From [Candidatus Thermochlorobacteriaceae] bacterium GBChlB (lineage in GTDB: Bacteria; Bacteroidota; Chlorobiia; Chlorobiales; Thermochlorobacteraceae): a stretch of 64,000 nucleotides of DNA. The first letter of the stretch is position 1; each line of letters opens with the position of its first letter. Positions 37,011-46,682 of this stretch are shown piece after piece. The stretch is taken from positions 11,379-75,378 of the forward strand of contig JPGV01000029.1 of the NCBI GenBank assembly GCA_000724175.1, written 5' to 3'. The position numbers were made by a program, and so were the translations under genes. The notes under the pieces are model-generated. The model ran no database searches and was not told where the DNA came from. It worked only from the letters and a program-made list of their open reading frames with translations.

Positions 37011-39727
37011 TCAATGCCGCCTTTCTCATCTGACTTTTTCAGTTTCATTGCTCGATGCGGCGGCTCGCCGATGATGTAGTCGATTTTTAATTGGTCGGTT
37101 GCTGAATCGCCGCGCTTCGTTCCCTTTGCCGTAAAGACGTGTTCGCCTTCGCTCCACTGCACATTCCAAACAAACGTCGCTTTTTGCACGCCGAGCGATT
37201 TGCCGTTGTGAAAGAGTTCAAGGCTGTCGCAATTTGTAAATACCCGTAGAGGCTTGATTTCATTGGGCTTTCCAAAGAGTCGCGTTCTCGTGTGCGAGAC
37301 GATATACGCCATCGGCTTTTGCGACCACTTGCTCTGGTATAAATAGTAAGCATCTTTTGGAACGCGCTTGTAATCGACCAGCCCTTTTTCGTTGATGCGC
37401 GGAATGTTGCCTTGCTTGGCGTGCGAGGCAAAGTCTGCGCCGTTCCAGACCGCGCCGCCCGCAATCCACTCGCGCTCGCCAAGTTGTTTCAAATATCCTT
37501 CGTGAAATTTCACTTGATAGGTTTCGCTGAAATCCATTCGCTGCGGGTCATCGACGTGAAAGCCGCGTTTGCCGTCCGCGCCGTATTCGCTGATAAGAAT
37601 TTTCCAATGCGGGTGCAAACGATGTTCTTCGTCCATAATTTTTCCGAAGTCTTCAATCATGCGTTGATACCAGCCGGAATATCGATTACGCCCAACCACG
37701 TCGGTCAGGTTCATCACCGATGTATCAGCGAGCGTATTTTGTGCTTGAATCGTGAGCCGCGTCGGGTCTTCCGATTTAGCGAGCGCGTGCAATTCGCCGA
37801 TGAGTTTCAGACAGAGCTTCAAATCCTCGTCGGTCAGCCAAGGCTCAATGGTTTCATTGGCGACGCCCCAGAAAACAATCGACGGATGGTTTCGGTCTCG
37901 CCGAATCAACTCGCGGAGCATTGTTTTCGTGTTTTCAAAAAACTGTTCGCGCCCAACGGAATTGACATAAGGGATTTCGGTATAAACGATAATGCCGAGC
38001 CTGTCGCATTCGTCGAGCATTGATTCATCGTGCGGATAATGCGCAAGCCGAACAAAGTTTATTCCCATTGCTTTGAAGAGCCGCAGGTCTTGAACGCGCA
38101 CGGAGTCAGGGACAGCATTGCCGTAGCCGAATCGGTCTTGATGCAAATTCACGCCGCAGAGTTGCAGTCGCTTGCCGTTGAGAAAAAATCCTTTATCGGC
38201 GGTAAACTCGAACCAGCGAAATCCGATGTTTGTCGTTATCTCGTCAAGCGCGGGCGCGCGGTTGCCCGATTCCATCTCGGCTGTGTCATAAATGCGCGAC
38301 ACAACTTGATACAGCGCGGGCGATTCGGGCGACCAGAGCGCGGGATATGCTATCTCGGCAACACTCTGCGTAAATAAATGCGTTTGGAATTTCTCGACGG
38401 TCGCCGTTGTCGTCATTGTCGCAACGATGTATCCCTCGGGCGAAATAAGGTTTGTTGCGAGCGTGAGCGTTTTCGTTTCGCCGTCGTTTCGAACTTGCGT
38501 AACGGCGTTGAGCGAGGCGGCGGATTTCGAGACGGCGGGCGTGGTTATCGTAACGGACTCGATGTGCGTGTTGTTAGTGATGTGCAATGAGGCTTCGCGG
38601 GTCAAGCCGCCGGGCATATTGAAGTCGCCGACGTGCGGCGGAATATCGGGCGAATAGGCGTTGTTTACTTTTACGGCAATCACATTGGGTTTGCCGAACA
38701 TAAGTTTATCTGTTAGGTTAAATTTAAAATTCAGAAATCCGCCAATGTGCTTTCCAAGCGGTTTTCCGTTGAGCCAAACTTCCGCCGTTTGGTTTGCGGC
38801 TTCAAATTCAATCCAAAGTTTTTTTCCATTGGCGTCGTCGGGCGGCGTGAAAGTTTTTCTATACCAAGCGTCGCCGCGATAGTAATTGGCGTAGATGTCG
38901 AGTCCGTCGTTGAGATTGCGGTCGTCGTATTGGTCGGTTGCGTTCCACGTGTGCGGCAGGGCAACGCGCTCCCATTTTGAATCGTTGAACCCGACGCTTT
39001 CGGCGTTCTTCGGATTGCCCGTTGTGAATTTCCACTCTTGCGTAAAGTCGATTCGTCGTCGGGCGGGTTTGGTTGGAAAAGCGAGCGGTTGCCACTCGTT
39101 CATTTTTTCGCCGTGCGAAATTTTGAGCAGTCGCGCGTCGCCTGCGCCAAGCGAATAGACGAGCCGCCGCGCCGCGCCGAAAACAGATTTATCGATGAGA
39201 ATCTCGACGCGCTTTTTTTCGGTCGTTGCAATGAACAAAATGACTTCCTCGTCTTTGCCTTCGCCGTTTTCAAATGCGATGTGAAAAGCATTCGATTGCA
39301 CAAGGGCGGTGATGTCTTTTCGTGCTTTCACGCGCCGAAGGCTGCTGCGGATGTCGCCTTTGAAGTTGGCATAGACATAGCCGTCCATCACAAACGCGCT
39401 GAATGCGCCTTTTGGGTGCGGAATATTTTTCGCGGCAATCCATCGCCAGTCGGATTTCAGCGCAGGCTTCAAAATGAATTTTTCGCCCAAGTCTTCGATG
39501 CCGAAGTAGGGAATCGTTTTGATGTCTTTGCCCAGCAGCACTTGGTTTTCTTTGGCATCAGGCGTAAAAAATTGCGTTTGGGGAAATCCAACAACGGGCA
39601 AAAACAGAAACACTGATGCCGCCCACAGAACGGCAAGGCAGTCCAAAACAGCCTGTAAAATCAATGGTTTTCGGCTGACCGTCTTTTCTGTGGTTGATGC
39701 GCGGCTCATATTTTTTTTCTTGCTCAT
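37007..39727 (-). CDS. glycoside hydrolase family 2 enzyme with N-terminal membrane anchor and ~230-aa extra N-terminal domain
   Basis: 906 aa. The GH2 sugar-binding region (WERVALPHTWNA...YYRGDAWYRKTF...LWIEFEAANQTAEVWLNG), the TIM barrel NFVRLAHYPH, acid/base VFWGVANE and nucleophile region LISEYGADG. Confidence 0.85.
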   Translation of the reverse strand: MSKKKNMSRASTTEKTVSRKPLILQAVLDCLAVLWAASVFLFLPVVGFPQTQFFTPDAKENQVLLGKDIKTIPYFGIEDLGEKFILKPALKSDWRWIAAKNIPHPKGAFSAFVMDGYVYANFKGDIRSSLRRVKARKDITALVQSNAFHIAFENGEGKDEEVILFIATTEKKRVEILIDKSVFGAARRLVYSLGAGDARLLKISHGEKMNEWQPLAFPTKPARRRIDFTQEWKFTTGNPKNAESVGFNDSKWERVALPHTWNATDQYDDRNLNDGLDIYANYYRGDAWYRKTFTPPDDANGKKLWIEFEAANQTAEVWLNGKPLGKHIGGFLNFKFNLTDKLMFGKPNVIAVKVNNAYSPDIPPHVGDFNMPGGLTREASLHITNNTHIESVTITTPAVSKSAASLNAVTQVRNDGETKTLTLATNLISPEGYIVATMTTTATVEKFQTHLFTQSVAEIAYPALWSPESPALYQVVSRIYDTAEMESGNRAPALDEITTNIGFRWFEFTADKGFFLNGKRLQLCGVNLHQDRFGYGNAVPDSVRVQDLRLFKAMGINFVRLAHYPHDESMLDECDRLGIIVYTEIPYVNSVGREQFFENTKTMLRELIRRDRNHPSIVFWGVANETIEPWLTDEDLKLCLKLIGELHALAKSEDPTRLTIQAQNTLADTSVMNLTDVVGRNRYSGWYQRMIEDFGKIMDEEHRLHPHWKILISEYGADGKRGFHVDDPQRMDFSETYQVKFHEGYLKQLGEREWIAGGAVWNGADFASHAKQGNIPRINEKGLVDYKRVPKDAYYLYQSKWSQKPMAYIVSHTRTRLFGKPNEIKPLRVFTNCDSLELFHNGKSLGVQKATFVWNVQWSEGEHVFTAKGTKRGDSATDQLKIDYIIGEPPHRAMKLKKSDEKGGIE

Positions 39728-40941
39728 AAAATTTCAACTTTTTCAAAATCCGATGGGCGATACTCGATTCCTAAGCCGACGCCTGTTGGCAGTTCCACCT
39801 TCCCATTTTTGATTTCGCCGAGCGGCTTAGACGAGCTGTTCAAATTGTATTCTTGAAACGCGCCGATGTTCGGAACAACAGAGATAAAATGTCTGAATGG
39901 ATATGCGCCGACGCCGAACTTTGGGGAGTGGCAGTCAATCGTCATGCCCGCTTCCGCCGCCATTTTTGCCACGCGCAATGTTCTGACAAACCCACCATTG
40001 TAGAACAAATCGGGCTGCACTACATCGACGATTTTATGTTTTATCATCGCCTTGAACTGCCATAAACTTGTGTCCTGCTCGCCGCCTGCAATCGGCATAT
40101 CCAGCGCGTCGGCGACGGCTTTCGTGCTGTCGTAATCCTGCCACGGACACGGCTCTTCCCAAATTTTCACGCCGTTGTCTTGCAACAGTTTTCCCATCTC
40201 AATCGCCGTTGGCACATCGTAAGAGCTGTTCGCATCGGCGTAAATTGTAACACTGTCGCCGAGTTTTTTGCGGGCAAGTTTTATCAGCGCCTCGCTTCGA
40301 TTTTCGATTTTCGCTGATTCCGCTTTCATTCGTCCGCCCACTTTAATTTTCACAGCGCGGCAACCGGTTTCCGCAAAATCTCGCTCGATAATTTCCAATT
40401 CTTTTTCGGGCGTTGTGTCGCGCGTCAGCCGCGTCAAATAAACTGAGACATCGTTCCGAATTCTCTTTCCCAACAACTCATACACCGGCTTGTTCGCCGC
40501 CCTCGACATCATATCGAACAGCGCGATTTCAAGATTGCCCACAGAGTTCCAAAACGGCATTCCTGCAAATTTGTAATTCGAGCCTTCGGTATAGACGCCA
40601 TCAACAAGCGTTTCAACATCTCGCGCATCTTTGCCGATGAAAAACGGCACGACGAGTTCTTTGAACAGCGAGATGACCTGCGGCACTCGATTGTTGGCTT
40701 CGATAATGCCGACTGCGCCGTTCTTTGCCGTTACGCGAATGAACAGGTCTTTTTCGCGACGCAGGATTTCGGCTTTTTGTATGATGAGCGGAACAGTAAC
40801 GGCTTTGTGCAAGTCCAGCATCGGCGCAAACGTGAGCGTCGCACTTTGCATCGCTGTTGCAAGCGTTTCGCCCGCCGAAACCAACGGCGTCGTCAATGCG
40901 CCTGCGCCAAGCAGTCGGAGAAACTCGCGTCGATTCATCAT
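39724..40941 (-). CDS. enolase-superfamily enzyme (MR-subgroup-like motif pattern) with twin-arginine signal peptide
   Basis: 405 aa. Tat motif MMNRREFLRLLGAGALTTPLVSAG. KxK in AVKIKVGG. Candidate ligands IYADANSSY / IWEEPC / IAGGEQD, then VVQPD and IDCHSP. Confidence 0.8.
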   Translation of the reverse strand: MMNRREFLRLLGAGALTTPLVSAGETLATAMQSATLTFAPMLDLHKAVTVPLIIQKAEILRREKDLFIRVTAKNGAVGIIEANNRVPQVISLFKELVVPFFIGKDARDVETLVDGVYTEGSNYKFAGMPFWNSVGNLEIALFDMMSRAANKPVYELLGKRIRNDVSVYLTRLTRDTTPEKELEIIERDFAETGCRAVKIKVGGRMKAESAKIENRSEALIKLARKKLGDSVTIYADANSSYDVPTAIEMGKLLQDNGVKIWEEPCPWQDYDSTKAVADALDMPIAGGEQDTSLWQFKAMIKHKIVDVVQPDLFYNGGFVRTLRVAKMAAEAGMTIDCHSPKFGVGAYPFRHFISVVPNIGAFQEYNLNSSSKPLGEIKNGKVELPTGVGLGIEYRPSDFEKVEIL

Positions 40942-41985
40942 CTAACTTTTAGAAAATGTCTTTAAGTGCCGCTGGTAAATTTCCATGAGCTTATCAGGGC
41001 TTTGCGTATTTCGCGGATAAAAGTAATACGCCAAGTGGTCGGGCTGCTTGGCAATGACTTTCGGCAAGCCTCTGTCAATCGCGGCAAGGTCGGCGTCGGC
41101 GACAGAATGATTTTGCGTCGAGAACATCAACTTCGCGTTTGCTTTTCGCGCGTAGCCGCTGATTTTTTCCGCCACGTCCAACAGTCCGACTTCTTTTTCA
41201 TCTAATTTCAACGCCTGTATTTCTTCGTTGCCGAAGGGCTTGCCGTCGCAGCCAAAATAATCCAGTCCTTCAATCGCGCTTGCCGCTTGCCACTCGTCGT
41301 CTGTTGAAGCTGCGTCAGTTGTGAGCGTAATGACCGCGTCTTTTTTCTGCTGTTTGATAAACTCATTGAGCGACGAGACGAACGCTGCAAACGCCTTGAC
41401 GTGGGCTTCTTTCGGGGCGCTTTTGCCTAATTTTTCAACTGCTGTCGGCGAGAAGTCTTGACGAAATCCCTTGGGTTCGTGCCAAATGATTCCATCGATT
41501 CCAATGTCAAGTATCTTTTTTAAACTGCTTTTGAAAAACTCTGTCGTTTCAGGATGATGAATGCTGCTCATCATCATTCCCGATTGCAGGAGCGGCGACC
41601 CATCTTGTTTTAAAATCCATGTGTGCGGGCGTTGTGCCGTAAATGAACTCGGCACGCGCATTGAGCCTGAAAACAGCCCTGCCCACCGTGAGGGCATTGC
41701 AAACACGTGCAACCCCAGCGTCTGCGCTTCTCTGATGATGAAGGCAAGATTTTTTTCTTCATGTGTAAAATCCTGTTCGAGAATCGAGAGCGTGATAGCC
41801 ATCGTGCCGCACGCTTTCATTACAGCGACGTCGTCGCGGATGTGTTTCGGCACAAACGTTCCCATTCCGGCGCGGAAGTAGTAGGCGTTGAGCAATCGCG
41901 CCGATGTGGCGCGCGCGCGGCTTGTCCGTGCGACAGATAGACCCAGCGCAGCCAGAGAGGTTACGATAAAGTCTCTTCGATTCAT
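40942..41985 (-). CDS. twin-arginine-signal protein of unknown function (possibly TIM-barrel glycoside-hydrolase-like)
   Basis: Start moved to MNRRDFIVTSLAALGLSVARTSRARA (ATG at 41985). 347 aa. An alternating beta/alpha-looking pattern with GIIWHEPKG. Its stop abuts the next gene's ATG. No family recognised. Confidence 0.5.
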   Translation of the reverse strand: MNRRDFIVTSLAALGLSVARTSRARATSARLLNAYYFRAGMGTFVPKHIRDDVAVMKACGTMAITLSILEQDFTHEEKNLAFIIREAQTLGLHVFAMPSRWAGLFSGSMRVPSSFTAQRPHTWILKQDGSPLLQSGMMMSSIHHPETTEFFKSSLKKILDIGIDGIIWHEPKGFRQDFSPTAVEKLGKSAPKEAHVKAFAAFVSSLNEFIKQQKKDAVITLTTDAASTDDEWQAASAIEGLDYFGCDGKPFGNEEIQALKLDEKEVGLLDVAEKISGYARKANAKLMFSTQNHSVADADLAAIDRGLPKVIAKQPDHLAYYFYPRNTQSPDKLMEIYQRHLKTFSKS

Positions 41986-42216
41986 TGAAGCCGACGCTGC
42001 TAAGATTGATGAAATTGATTTATTGACGCGCGCCTTGTTGTAAATAAGGGGTTCGCCCGCCCGCATTCCTTGACGGACGAGCGAACTCCAAACAACTATG
42101 ACAACGAGAACCAAAGAACAGCTCGCCGACGCCGACTCTAATGGAGCAAACCAGTCAGTCGCTCGGCAAGAAATGGGCTTAGAACGTTTTCTCGACTCTT
42201 CGCCACAAGGCTCGCC

Positions 42217-43530
42217 TTACTTGACAAGCATCATTTTTCTTGTCTCTGTGAATGTTCCGGCTTGCAATCGATAGAAATATATTCCGCTCGATAGGCCTGC
42301 TGCATTGAACGTGGCTTGATAACGCCCGGCGGCTTGCCTTGTATTTACAAGCGTCGACAGCTCCCGTCCCAGCATATCATACACGACCAACTTGACATCG
42401 ACAGACGTTGGCAATTGATAACTGATGACCGTCGAAGGGTTGAACGGGTTTGGATAGTTTTGGTCGAGCGCAAATTCGGTTGGCCTTGCAGCTGTTTCGA
42501 TGCGCGTGCTGAGTGGCGCAGCCGGCGTCAGGACGATGCCTGAATCGCAGGCAATCACGCCGTTGGTTCCGGCAATCGAGACCGCGCTGAATTCCGCAAT
42601 TGTGGGCAATCCCGTAACGCGCGTCCAAGTCGTGCCGCCGTTGGTGGTCGTCCATAATGCGCCGGGCAAGGAGCCGAGACCGCCGCCCGTCATGTAGCCC
42701 GTGTTGCGCGAAACAAATTGCATATCGGTCATTCGCGTCGTGTCGCCCGCGCCGATGCTTTGTTTCACCCAATTTGCGCCAGCGTTAGTCGAGAAGAATA
42801 CATTGCCCGAATCGCCCGCTACCCAAATGGTGTTTGCATCTGCCATCCACACGGCGCGGAAAGCGCGCGACGGGCTTGGCGTGCGAATGCGCGTCCAAGT
42901 CAAGCCTGCATCATCAGAACGCATCACCACACCGGAGTCGCCGACAACCATCGCCGTCGTTGCATTGAGCGCGAATACTTTACGCATATCGCTGCGCGTG
43001 ATGCCTTGCCGAATGGGCGTCCATGTTCTGCCTGTATCCGTTGTGCGAATAATTTGCCCGCCTCTGCCTGCTGCAATTGCAATTGCAGGCGTTAAGAAGC
43101 GCACCGAGTTGACTGCCGGATTGCCCGCAAATGTTTGCGTCCATGTCCGTCCGCCGTTGAGTGTAAAGAGCAGGTAATTGTTTGCCGCCGTGCCGCCGCC
43201 GCCAACGACAATCCCTCGATTGGTATCCGTCGGGCAGAAGCGAATGTCGCGCAGGGTAATCGGCGAGGAGCGATCTTTATCGAAGCGTTCCCCTGTCCAA
43301 TTCAGTCCGCCGTTGAAACTGCGGTAGATGAGCGTGCGCACACCGACGACCCACATATTATTTGCATCGCGCGCAAATGCGCCTTCCATTTCAACAGACG
43401 CTGTAGGGTCTCGAACAATCGAGACGCCGCCATCGACGAGTCCGTTGGTTCGCAACACCCAAGACTGTTGAGCATATACGGTTCCGCAAATGAGCAGCAG
43501 TGCCATTGCGAGTGATAATCTTCTTGTCAT
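42217..43530 (-). CDS. BNR-like/Ycf48-like beta-propeller repeat protein with T9SS C-terminal sorting domain
   Basis: 437 aa with a signal peptide. Repeated G(G/R/L).(T/N)W(T/V) units (GGLNWT, GGRTWT, TGRTWT, AGLTWT, AGANWV, GGTTWT). C-terminus [22 protein letters not shown]...VYDMLGRE...IYFYRL...RKMMLVK. Confidence 0.75.
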   Translation of the reverse strand: MTRRLSLAMALLLICGTVYAQQSWVLRTNGLVDGGVSIVRDPTASVEMEGAFARDANNMWVVGVRTLIYRSFNGGLNWTGERFDKDRSSPITLRDIRFCPTDTNRGIVVGGGGTAANNYLLFTLNGGRTWTQTFAGNPAVNSVRFLTPAIAIAAGRGGQIIRTTDTGRTWTPIRQGITRSDMRKVFALNATTAMVVGDSGVVMRSDDAGLTWTRIRTPSPSRAFRAVWMADANTIWVAGDSGNVFFSTNAGANWVKQSIGAGDTTRMTDMQFVSRNTGYMTGGGLGSLPGALWTTTNGGTTWTRVTGLPTIAEFSAVSIAGTNGVIACDSGIVLTPAAPLSTRIETAARPTEFALDQNYPNPFNPSTVISYQLPTSVDVKLVVYDMLGRELSTLVNTRQAAGRYQATFNAAGLSSGIYFYRLQAGTFTETRKMMLVK

Positions 43531-43584
43531 AGAAAGACATTGTTTTGATGTTGAAAAAAGTAACGTGTTAAAAAATGTGCTGGA

Positions 43585-46560
43585 TTAAAACGAAATGCCG
43601 ACGCCGACATTGCCCCACACGCCATAGAAGCGTTCATAGAGAATGCGGCTTGGATCGCCTAAGTAGCTTGTCTCCGGCTGGTTCGTGAGGTTTGTAACCT
43701 CCAAGAAAAATTTGTAGTTGAGTGCAAACGGCGGTCGGTAGCTTGCCGTGAAATCCATTCGTCCAAACGGCGCAAACCATGTGTCCCGATTGAAAATGCT
43801 GGGATTAAACGGCACGCGAGGATTACCACGCTCTGAATTGATGTTGACCGATAAAATGTTGCGGTCCTGAAAATTGTAAGAGAGCCGTCCCGAAAAGCCG
43901 CCGCCTTCGTAGCCCAACGCCACGTTCAGGACATTGTTGGTCTGCCCCGGCAATTGAATCCGTCGCTCCGATTGCTGCACTTCGCGCACGCGGTCGGTTA
44001 CTCTGCCGTCCAATTCACGGATGATGAGAAACTGCGGCACAACGGTCTCGGTATTGAGAAACGAGTAGTTCGCATAGAGTCGCAGGTTTTTGAGGAAGCC
44101 CGGCAGAAAATCGAGCGGCAGTTGAATGTCGACTTCTACTCCCCAAATGCGGGAGAACGACGCATTCGTAGGGGTGCGAATAATGAACGGCACTTCGTCG
44201 CCGTCTTCATTGAAGCGCAGTTCAATGGTGCTGACCTGATAGATGTAATTGTCTATGCGTTTATGAAAGGCGCCGAAGGATAAGATGCCAATGTTGCCTA
44301 AGTATTGCGAGAACATTGCATCGAAGTTCCACGAGAGCGTCGGTTGAAGGTTCGGGTTGCCGCGTCGAATCGTCGATTCACCGAACAGCACTTCTTCGTA
44401 AGGCACGACATCGTAGTAGTTCGGTCGTGAAAGCGTGCGTGTGACGGCAAGCCGCAACTCGGTTTGCGGTTGAAATCGGTAGCGCAGATGGAACATCGGA
44501 AACAGTGCGCCGTAGTTGGTTTGCACCGTTGAATCAACCCGTGAGCCAAAGCGTTGCGAATTGACCTGCGAGATAATGCCATACACGCCCTGTGCGTCGA
44601 CCGCCGTAAATTCGTAGCGCAACCCGCCCAATACCATCAGGTTGTCGCCGATGTTAAATTCGCCCATCATGTAGCCGCCGCCGACGTTTTCGCGGGCGAC
44701 ATAGTTCAGCACATCACGAACCTCAATCGTATTGTAGAGCGAGCGCGGCACTTGGTTCAAAAAGAAATCGTTTACCCGCGATAAGTTGAAACTGCGGTCT
44801 AAAAAGAATCGCCCATTGAGAAAATCGCTGTCAGCAAATGAGCTGTCAATGAATGTTGAAAAGCGCACGTTCTCCGTCGGACCGACCAAACCAAACGCCC
44901 TTGCGAGGCTGTCGGTGCGAGGCGCACTTAGGCTAATTTCATTGACGAAACTATCGCGCACTTTGGTGCGGAACATACCGCCGAACTTGATGTAGCCAGT
45001 TGCGTTGTTTGAGAGCGTGAGTGGCAGTTTGAAATTAGCGCGTCCTGCAAAATCGCGGTCGGCTGAATTGAATGTTTGAAACACATTACCCGATAGCACG
45101 GGAAACGTGTAAAGAAATCCGTTTGCGCCGCTGCCTCTGGCTGAGCCGAAGCGCGTGGTGTCGTAGGCGAATTGTTGCACATCAGCGATGCCGATATTGC
45201 CTGCCGTTCTGATTTGCGGTGCAAGCGCGTTGCTGAGTTGAAACGCCACCGACGTGCTGGTCGGCTGGTCGGACCCGCTTCGTGAAAATGAGAACTGATA
45301 GTCAAGTTCAGGCGCGCCAAAGATGTGCTTTCCGCTCACCGATAAATTGATGAGGTCGGTTGTGATGCGCCGGTCTCTGATGTCGCGGTTCAGGGCGCGT
45401 GATGAATTGCCAGCAACGGCTGTAAAATATCGCGTCCGTCGTTCAATCGCGTCGCGGTTAGTGCTACCATAGTTGCCGCGAAACACGAGTTCGGAGCCGC
45501 CGCCCAAATCAACATCAATCGCGCCTGAGAGGCCTAAGCGACTGCGATACTCAACGCGATCGGCGATGCGCAGGTCGTTGAGCGGCAGCGAATCGACGGT
45601 TTGAATATACCCTGCGTCGTAAGATTCCGCGCTGCGGTTCGCCCGTTGATAGCTTGCCGTAAAAACTGCACCCAATTTGCCGTCCAAAAACCGATTACTG
45701 CCAAACGCATTGAACTGATACATCGTCGGGTCTCTGTCCAAAAAGTGGTAGCCCCAGCGACCGTTGGCGTTGAACTGCAAACCCTCTTTGGCATTGCGTG
45801 TAATAAAATTTACAGTGCCGCCAATGGCGTCTGCGTCTTGGTCGGGCGTGAGCGCCTTGAAGACCTCAATCGTCTTAATCATATCGGGCGGAATGAAACT
45901 CAGCGACGCCGAACGTCCGACATCTTGCAGTCGATTACCGTCAACGCCGCCTGCTGTTCCCGGAATGCGCTCGCCGTTGATGGTTGCCGAACTTAGGTTC
46001 GGGTCTAAGCCTCGAATGATGAGTTTTTGCCCTTCGCCGCCGTCGCGCCGCAGTGCCACGCCCGGAATACGCGCCACGGCTTCCGCCGCATTTTGGTCGG
46101 GAAATTCACCGATGCGCTCCGCATCAACGATGTTGACAATTTTGTTCGAAGCTGCTTGATTGTTCAACGCTCTTGACTGCCCTTGCAGTTGTCCCATCAC
46201 AACGATTTCCTCCGTCGTTACGGCTACCACGTCGAGTGCCACATTCAGCTCCACCGTTTGTCCGTCGACAATTGTAACGGTTCGCGTTTCGCTTTTGTAG
46301 CCGATGTAAGCAAAGGTCGCTGTGTAAGTTCCTGCTGGCACGCCTGCCAGTCGATAGCGTCCGCGCAGGTCTGTTACTGCACCATATGACGTGTTTTGGA
46401 GTCGAACTGTTGCACCAATGAGTGGGTCTTTTGTTAACCCTTCGCTGACGACGCCGCTAAGGACACCGGCTTGCTGCGCGAGCGCAACTTTGGGCAACAC
46501 CGTCACCAACATCAGTCCGAGGATGCAAACCCAAGAGCTCGATTGAAATACAGAACGCAT
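43585..46560 (-). CDS. TonB-dependent receptor with N-terminal carboxypeptidase-regulatory-like domain
   Basis: Start moved to MRSVFQSSSWVCILGLMLVTVLPKVALAQQ (ATG at 46560). A CarboxypepD_reg-like region (GATVRLQNTSYGAVTDLRGRYRLAGVPAGTY), a plug (DAERIGEFPDQNAAEAVARIPGV, LIIRGL) and a long barrel ending ..VGVGISF. Confidence 0.9.
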   Translation of the reverse strand: MRSVFQSSSWVCILGLMLVTVLPKVALAQQAGVLSGVVSEGLTKDPLIGATVRLQNTSYGAVTDLRGRYRLAGVPAGTYTATFAYIGYKSETRTVTIVDGQTVELNVALDVVAVTTEEIVVMGQLQGQSRALNNQAASNKIVNIVDAERIGEFPDQNAAEAVARIPGVALRRDGGEGQKLIIRGLDPNLSSATINGERIPGTAGGVDGNRLQDVGRSASLSFIPPDMIKTIEVFKALTPDQDADAIGGTVNFITRNAKEGLQFNANGRWGYHFLDRDPTMYQFNAFGSNRFLDGKLGAVFTASYQRANRSAESYDAGYIQTVDSLPLNDLRIADRVEYRSRLGLSGAIDVDLGGGSELVFRGNYGSTNRDAIERRTRYFTAVAGNSSRALNRDIRDRRITTDLINLSVSGKHIFGAPELDYQFSFSRSGSDQPTSTSVAFQLSNALAPQIRTAGNIGIADVQQFAYDTTRFGSARGSGANGFLYTFPVLSGNVFQTFNSADRDFAGRANFKLPLTLSNNATGYIKFGGMFRTKVRDSFVNEISLSAPRTDSLARAFGLVGPTENVRFSTFIDSSFADSDFLNGRFFLDRSFNLSRVNDFFLNQVPRSLYNTIEVRDVLNYVARENVGGGYMMGEFNIGDNLMVLGGLRYEFTAVDAQGVYGIISQVNSQRFGSRVDSTVQTNYGALFPMFHLRYRFQPQTELRLAVTRTLSRPNYYDVVPYEEVLFGESTIRRGNPNLQPTLSWNFDAMFSQYLGNIGILSFGAFHKRIDNYIYQVSTIELRFNEDGDEVPFIIRTPTNASFSRIWGVEVDIQLPLDFLPGFLKNLRLYANYSFLNTETVVPQFLIIRELDGRVTDRVREVQQSERRIQLPGQTNNVLNVALGYEGGGFSGRLSYNFQDRNILSVNINSERGNPRVPFNPSIFNRDTWFAPFGRMDFTASYRPPFALNYKFFLEVTNLTNQPETSYLGDPSRILYERFYGVWGNVGVGISF

Positions 46561-46682
46561 AGTTTTCTTGGAAAAAGTTGAACAAGTTTTGTTGATACGT
46601 CTTTGTTGCCTTGTCTTCTCCGCGCTGCTTCCCATGCCAACGCGGTAACGTTGTTTTTACTTACGAGACGATTTGGACGACG

